Assembly (NCBI RefSeq): GCF_009914755.1
Contig: NC_060926.1
Length of the DNA: 64,000 nt
Direction: 5' to 3' (one strand)
Source of the DNA: the human T2T-CHM13v2.0 reference genome, Homo sapiens
The notes beneath the pieces are model-generated. The model was not told the DNA's origin and searched no databases. It saw nothing but the letters and a program-made list of their open reading frames with translations. Each line of letters starts with the position of its first letter. Position 1 is the stretch's first letter. The translations under genes were made by a program, and so were the position numbers. Below, piece by piece: positions 59,131 through 64,000 of the stretch.

Positions 59131-62100
59131 AACAAATGAGGTTCTGCTTAATGCACTTTGTCTTGCCCTTCCCTATTACTACTAGAATTTTACATTATAA
59201 ACCACGTTTGGGTGAAAACTACCTTCATTGCCTGACCAATGCAACATGGGGCAGTTTTTAGTTTTTCTAACAGGCATGTTCTCACATACTGTAAATTACT
59301 CTACAAATCTGAGCTGCTGTATCATTATTAGAAGTTATTCAGTGCCTTCAGTGATTATCAAATTAGTAAAAATCAAGGTTAAACAGTTTATACTCTACAC
59401 TGGTGACATGTGAGGTAGGAGAAGGCATAAGTGTCAAGGGAGAGAGAACTCCGCATACCACCTGCCAGCTGAATAACACAGTCAGTAATTCACTCAATAA
59501 ACAGTGAATACAAAGTCCAAACTCCCGGAAGTGTGATGGACATGCAGTTTTAAAATAGGTGTGCTGTGTGTCACTGATAAAGCAGTGAAACCTAAAAGAA
59601 GCTGTAATTTTAGTTCAAATACGATTGTATTTCAAAGATGTGGATGAATTCCTTCTGCTTTTTGTTCTCCATAGTTCCACTCCTCAGTGGCCAAACTGCC
59701 TTTTTCCTAAAATTAATTTTGCTAGCAGACAAATATATGTATACTTAATATAAGTAATTAATATGCTTTAGAAGAGTGGTGAAATGCCCGTTAAAGTAGC
59801 AAAAATAAATAACAACAGCTAAATGTTTACAACATTATTGGGAATCCAATATATTCATTCTTTTGGCAGCACTGAAAATTGACTCAATTCTAGCAAACAA
59901 TCTGGCAATGTATAACAAAGCTGTGATTCAAAATGACAAGTATGAAGATTGTATTTTATGCACATTTCAATGTATCAAGATAAAAGAAAAAATTGAACTC
60001 AAAATACCATCTATCACTGACTGCAAATGAGAATGTGCATATGTGTATTAGCATATAAATAAAGTGGCAAGAAATTTAGAGTAATATAAATAGAATTTAA
60101 TCATTTGGTTATTTCCTCTATAGAGTTGATTAATTTTCTATTTTTTGAAATCGAAATAATTAGCTCGTGTTATTTTAAATACCTTTGGAAGAAGAGATTA
60201 GCAGATCAAAGACATTAACTATGAGATGAGTTGGTAGCAATAAGCTGGTACCCAGTAATGTGGCCTCTTCATTTCAGATAGCTAACATTTCTTCTGGGCT
60301 TATTAGTTTTATAGAAGAAAGAACAAGAAATTAAGTGAGCTTAGAAACCTTTTTCCCATAAGGCAGCCCTTCAGATCAGTGCCTGGGTAGAGAAATCAGA
60401 TACTCTGGAGGAGGTGAGGAGCCCGATTCTGTAACTGCTTCTGATTCCCATCTTGGGCACATAAATTCCCAAATATGAAATGTTTTGTGCATAAGAAGGG
60501 TATTTCAGTATTTTAACAATACAGTCTCCATTCCCCAGATAACAATCACTGGGAAAGAGCCCATTTTTCAGCAAATGTGTTGTTTTTGCTTATGGAAATT
60601 CACCTTTTTGTCTTACAGGTTAAGTAGTATGTCAATATATAAATGGTAGAAAGGAATCTGATAGTTTTAGAAAGTACTAATACTAAGGACTATTGTGGAA
60701 AAACTTTGACTGATACGTGATTCATTACCATAAATGGTTACATACAGATGAATTGTAGTCATTGACTGGGGGTTGGGGTGAGGGTGTGGGGACCTGTGGT
60801 GACTCCTGAAAGTGTGAGCTGAGGCCTGTTTGGTTTAATTTCTATTGATAGTCTATGTTTTAATAATATAGTTTGAGTCTTAAATCCTTGCAACCACTTT
60901 ATAGGCTGAGAATGGACATCCTGAAGTTTGGTGGGGTGGCCTGGGTAAAAGTGAACAGTGGCCGATCCAAAGGCAGAACCCAGGTCCATTGTGAGAGCCA
61001 CCAGGCCTGGGTTTGTCAGCAGGCAGGAGGCATGCCAGGAGTTCTCCTAGGTGTCAGGCCTCCTCCAGCCGCTTCCCTTTGCCGATGCTAGTGTGTACAC
61101 TTGGCAAGAGTGTCATACCTGGGACACTCAGTGTGCAGGCTCACTTTCTGCTACCTGTGCCCTCCAGTAAGCTTGTCCATCTGCCCTTCCCACCCTCCAC
61201 TGTAACTGTGGAGTGGACATGGTAGTGCATAGAGGCCCCCATGTGGAACAGCCCCAAGTGAAGAGAGATCCCGTTCTAAAACAGCCCAGAAACACACACT
61301 TACCTGAAGTATGAACAAGGGCAACTAATGCTACCATCCTTTGGAAACTGATAGAAAAGTGAGTAGCTCAAGTAGAAATGTTGAAAGAGGAGACTACGTA
61401 GACCTCCTTGTTTAACGGTGTAAACAGGGCACTGACGTGACACTCAACAGTTACGATTTAGCTAGTGCTCCATCTGTGTGCCTCAGGACTCCTGTCGCTG
61501 CCCATCTCTTAGGAGTTAGCTCTTTTGGGGGGTTTTATAGACACCTACTGATAGCGTGCTTGTCTCTTACTAGAGAATAAATTGTCCTGGAAATATAAAG
61601 CAGGCAAACAATGTGAAAACTAGATAACAAATAAGCACAGTTATGTGTGAGGATTTAGATTGTTCTTGCCACTTTTCGAAAGCAAACAAAAGACATTTTT
61701 AGTCAAAAACATTTCTTGGGCAAAATCTGTAACTGGGCTACAAGGACAAGAAGGAATGAATTTATATTATCTCAGTTGAGAACCTCTTTTAACTCAGTAT
61801 TTATTACTGTCTAGGGGAAGGGGAACCATTTTTGTTTTGTGCTTGCCGTGAGGAAAGTGCTTCCATATGAATAGAAAACCAGATTAGAAATAGAAAAGGT
61901 CAACCACAGAAGTATTTTCTAGCCTAAATATCAACCATATAATTTTTTTAAAAGCTTCGTAGAATAATACTGATTTCCATAAGGGCACATCTAAGACTTG
62001 ATTTCATTGTGTTCAGTAGAAAACCTACGCATTTTTTATGAGTCCTGAATAGAGAGACCAACTCATAATTGTCTGAATAAAACTTTGTCTAATTCACCCT

Positions 62101-62749
62101 TTACTACTGACATTAAATGCCTTCATATTATTTCTGGACTATGTCACAGACATCCATAATTAATGCATGCTGTGACTGCAAAGATGGGAAAGGACATTAC
62201 CTAAGAGACTAAAAACATGGCTAAAAATAAAAAACTTCAACTAACTGGTCAGAGAGTAGATTTCCAAAGCTAAGACCACGGCTTACAGGGAAAGTGAGAA
62301 CTGGGAAAGAGTAAAAAGGTAGCCAATTTTATTTCCAAACTGTGTAGTATATACACAGAAATAGCCCACACCCGCAGAACTCGGGGAAGTCACCATCCCA
62401 AAAAAGAGGTATGGCTGTTGAGGCACCTCTGGGTTTGCACTGCTGCTTCCATTGCTACCCACAATCAGAATACCTTTTTTTGGTTTAGAAAGGTGGTATA
62501 ACAGTGAGGATAAGCTGACAGGGCCTTGCAGAAATTCTCCTAAAATAAAAGCTCACCTCTTACCCCGGCAAAATCAGCTTATCCTTAGGCCTTCTTCAGA
62601 TGACATAAAACTTTATTATTTTAAATGTATTTGTGCTTGCATTCCAAGAAGAACATAACTACACAGATTTCAAAAGAAAACATGAAATATAGTCAATGAA
62701 TGCAACAAGACATTGAATATTTGTACAGTGTTTTTGAAATGGACAATTT

Positions 62750-63342
<593 letters not shown>

Positions 63343-64000
63343 AAAATCTTTATAGCTATATAACGTAGTACATTCTATTTCAATTTATACCATCCACAGG
63401 CATATTCTGTCTTTATCTTCTTCCTCATCATCAGTGTCACCAGTATCATCAACATTCATTGAAAACTTGATTAGTGTGATACTTACAAAGGAAATGTGAT
63501 AAGATTATTAAAAGTCTTAAAAAAAGCTTATGATATTAAAAAAGGAGAGAGAAAACACCAATAAAAATAAAATCAAGTGCAGAGGCATGCCAACATAGAA
63601 ACAACCAGACCATATCAAGAGATGTGGAAAAAGTAATGTTGGTAATGAATAGGAAGTCATTACCAATTCCTTCTCCTAAATGCTAAAGAGGGACCTTGCC
63701 CAATTTAAAGCCTGGTAACATTTAAGCATAAGGGGATATCATTAGTTGTTTTTGAAAGACGTAGTTTATAATAATCACCTGGTGATGATTTAGCCCTTAA
63801 GGAAAGTGTTAACGTCTTCATCTAATACTACAGCCTAGTAGCTTGAAAGGGTCAGGTAACTTTCAAATCCTTGCCTCATACTTCGTAGTGATGGAGGGTT
63901 GGAGAGGATTTGGTTTGTTAAACCAGACTTTTTCTTTCTCTGACTCTCCTTCATCCAGAAAAGGAGGAGACTACCATTTCCAGTTGGTTGGAGGAGGGTC

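Overview
Primate (human-like) genomic DNA: an internal 64-kb slice of one plus-strand gene, EML6 (echinoderm microtubule-associated protein-like 6; WD40/HELP 'TAPE' repeats). I resolved 13 coding exons by reading splice sites and frame by hand. They splice into one uninterrupted reading frame ([10 protein letters not shown]...CALDFS) covering most of the first tandem beta-propeller unit, an acidic linker and the start of the second HELP/TAPE unit. Start and stop codons lie outside the window. Introns are full of Alu, L1, L2, MIR, LTR and DNA-transposon relics. I see no prokaryotic-type system (CRISPR, operon) and no well-supported new gene. The most notable observations are: a frame-forced GC-AG intron; a (TG)26 tract next to the acceptor of a frameshifting exon; a candidate 8-nt poison microexon with an AG|GT site nearby; three tailless retro-insertions with target-site duplications (a 5'-intact/3'-truncated L1, a 5S rRNA fragment, an AluY-like element); inverted Alu pairs bracketing exons; and three local duplications. 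Repeat subfamily names come from remembered consensus sequences and need RepeatMasker/Dfam confirmation.
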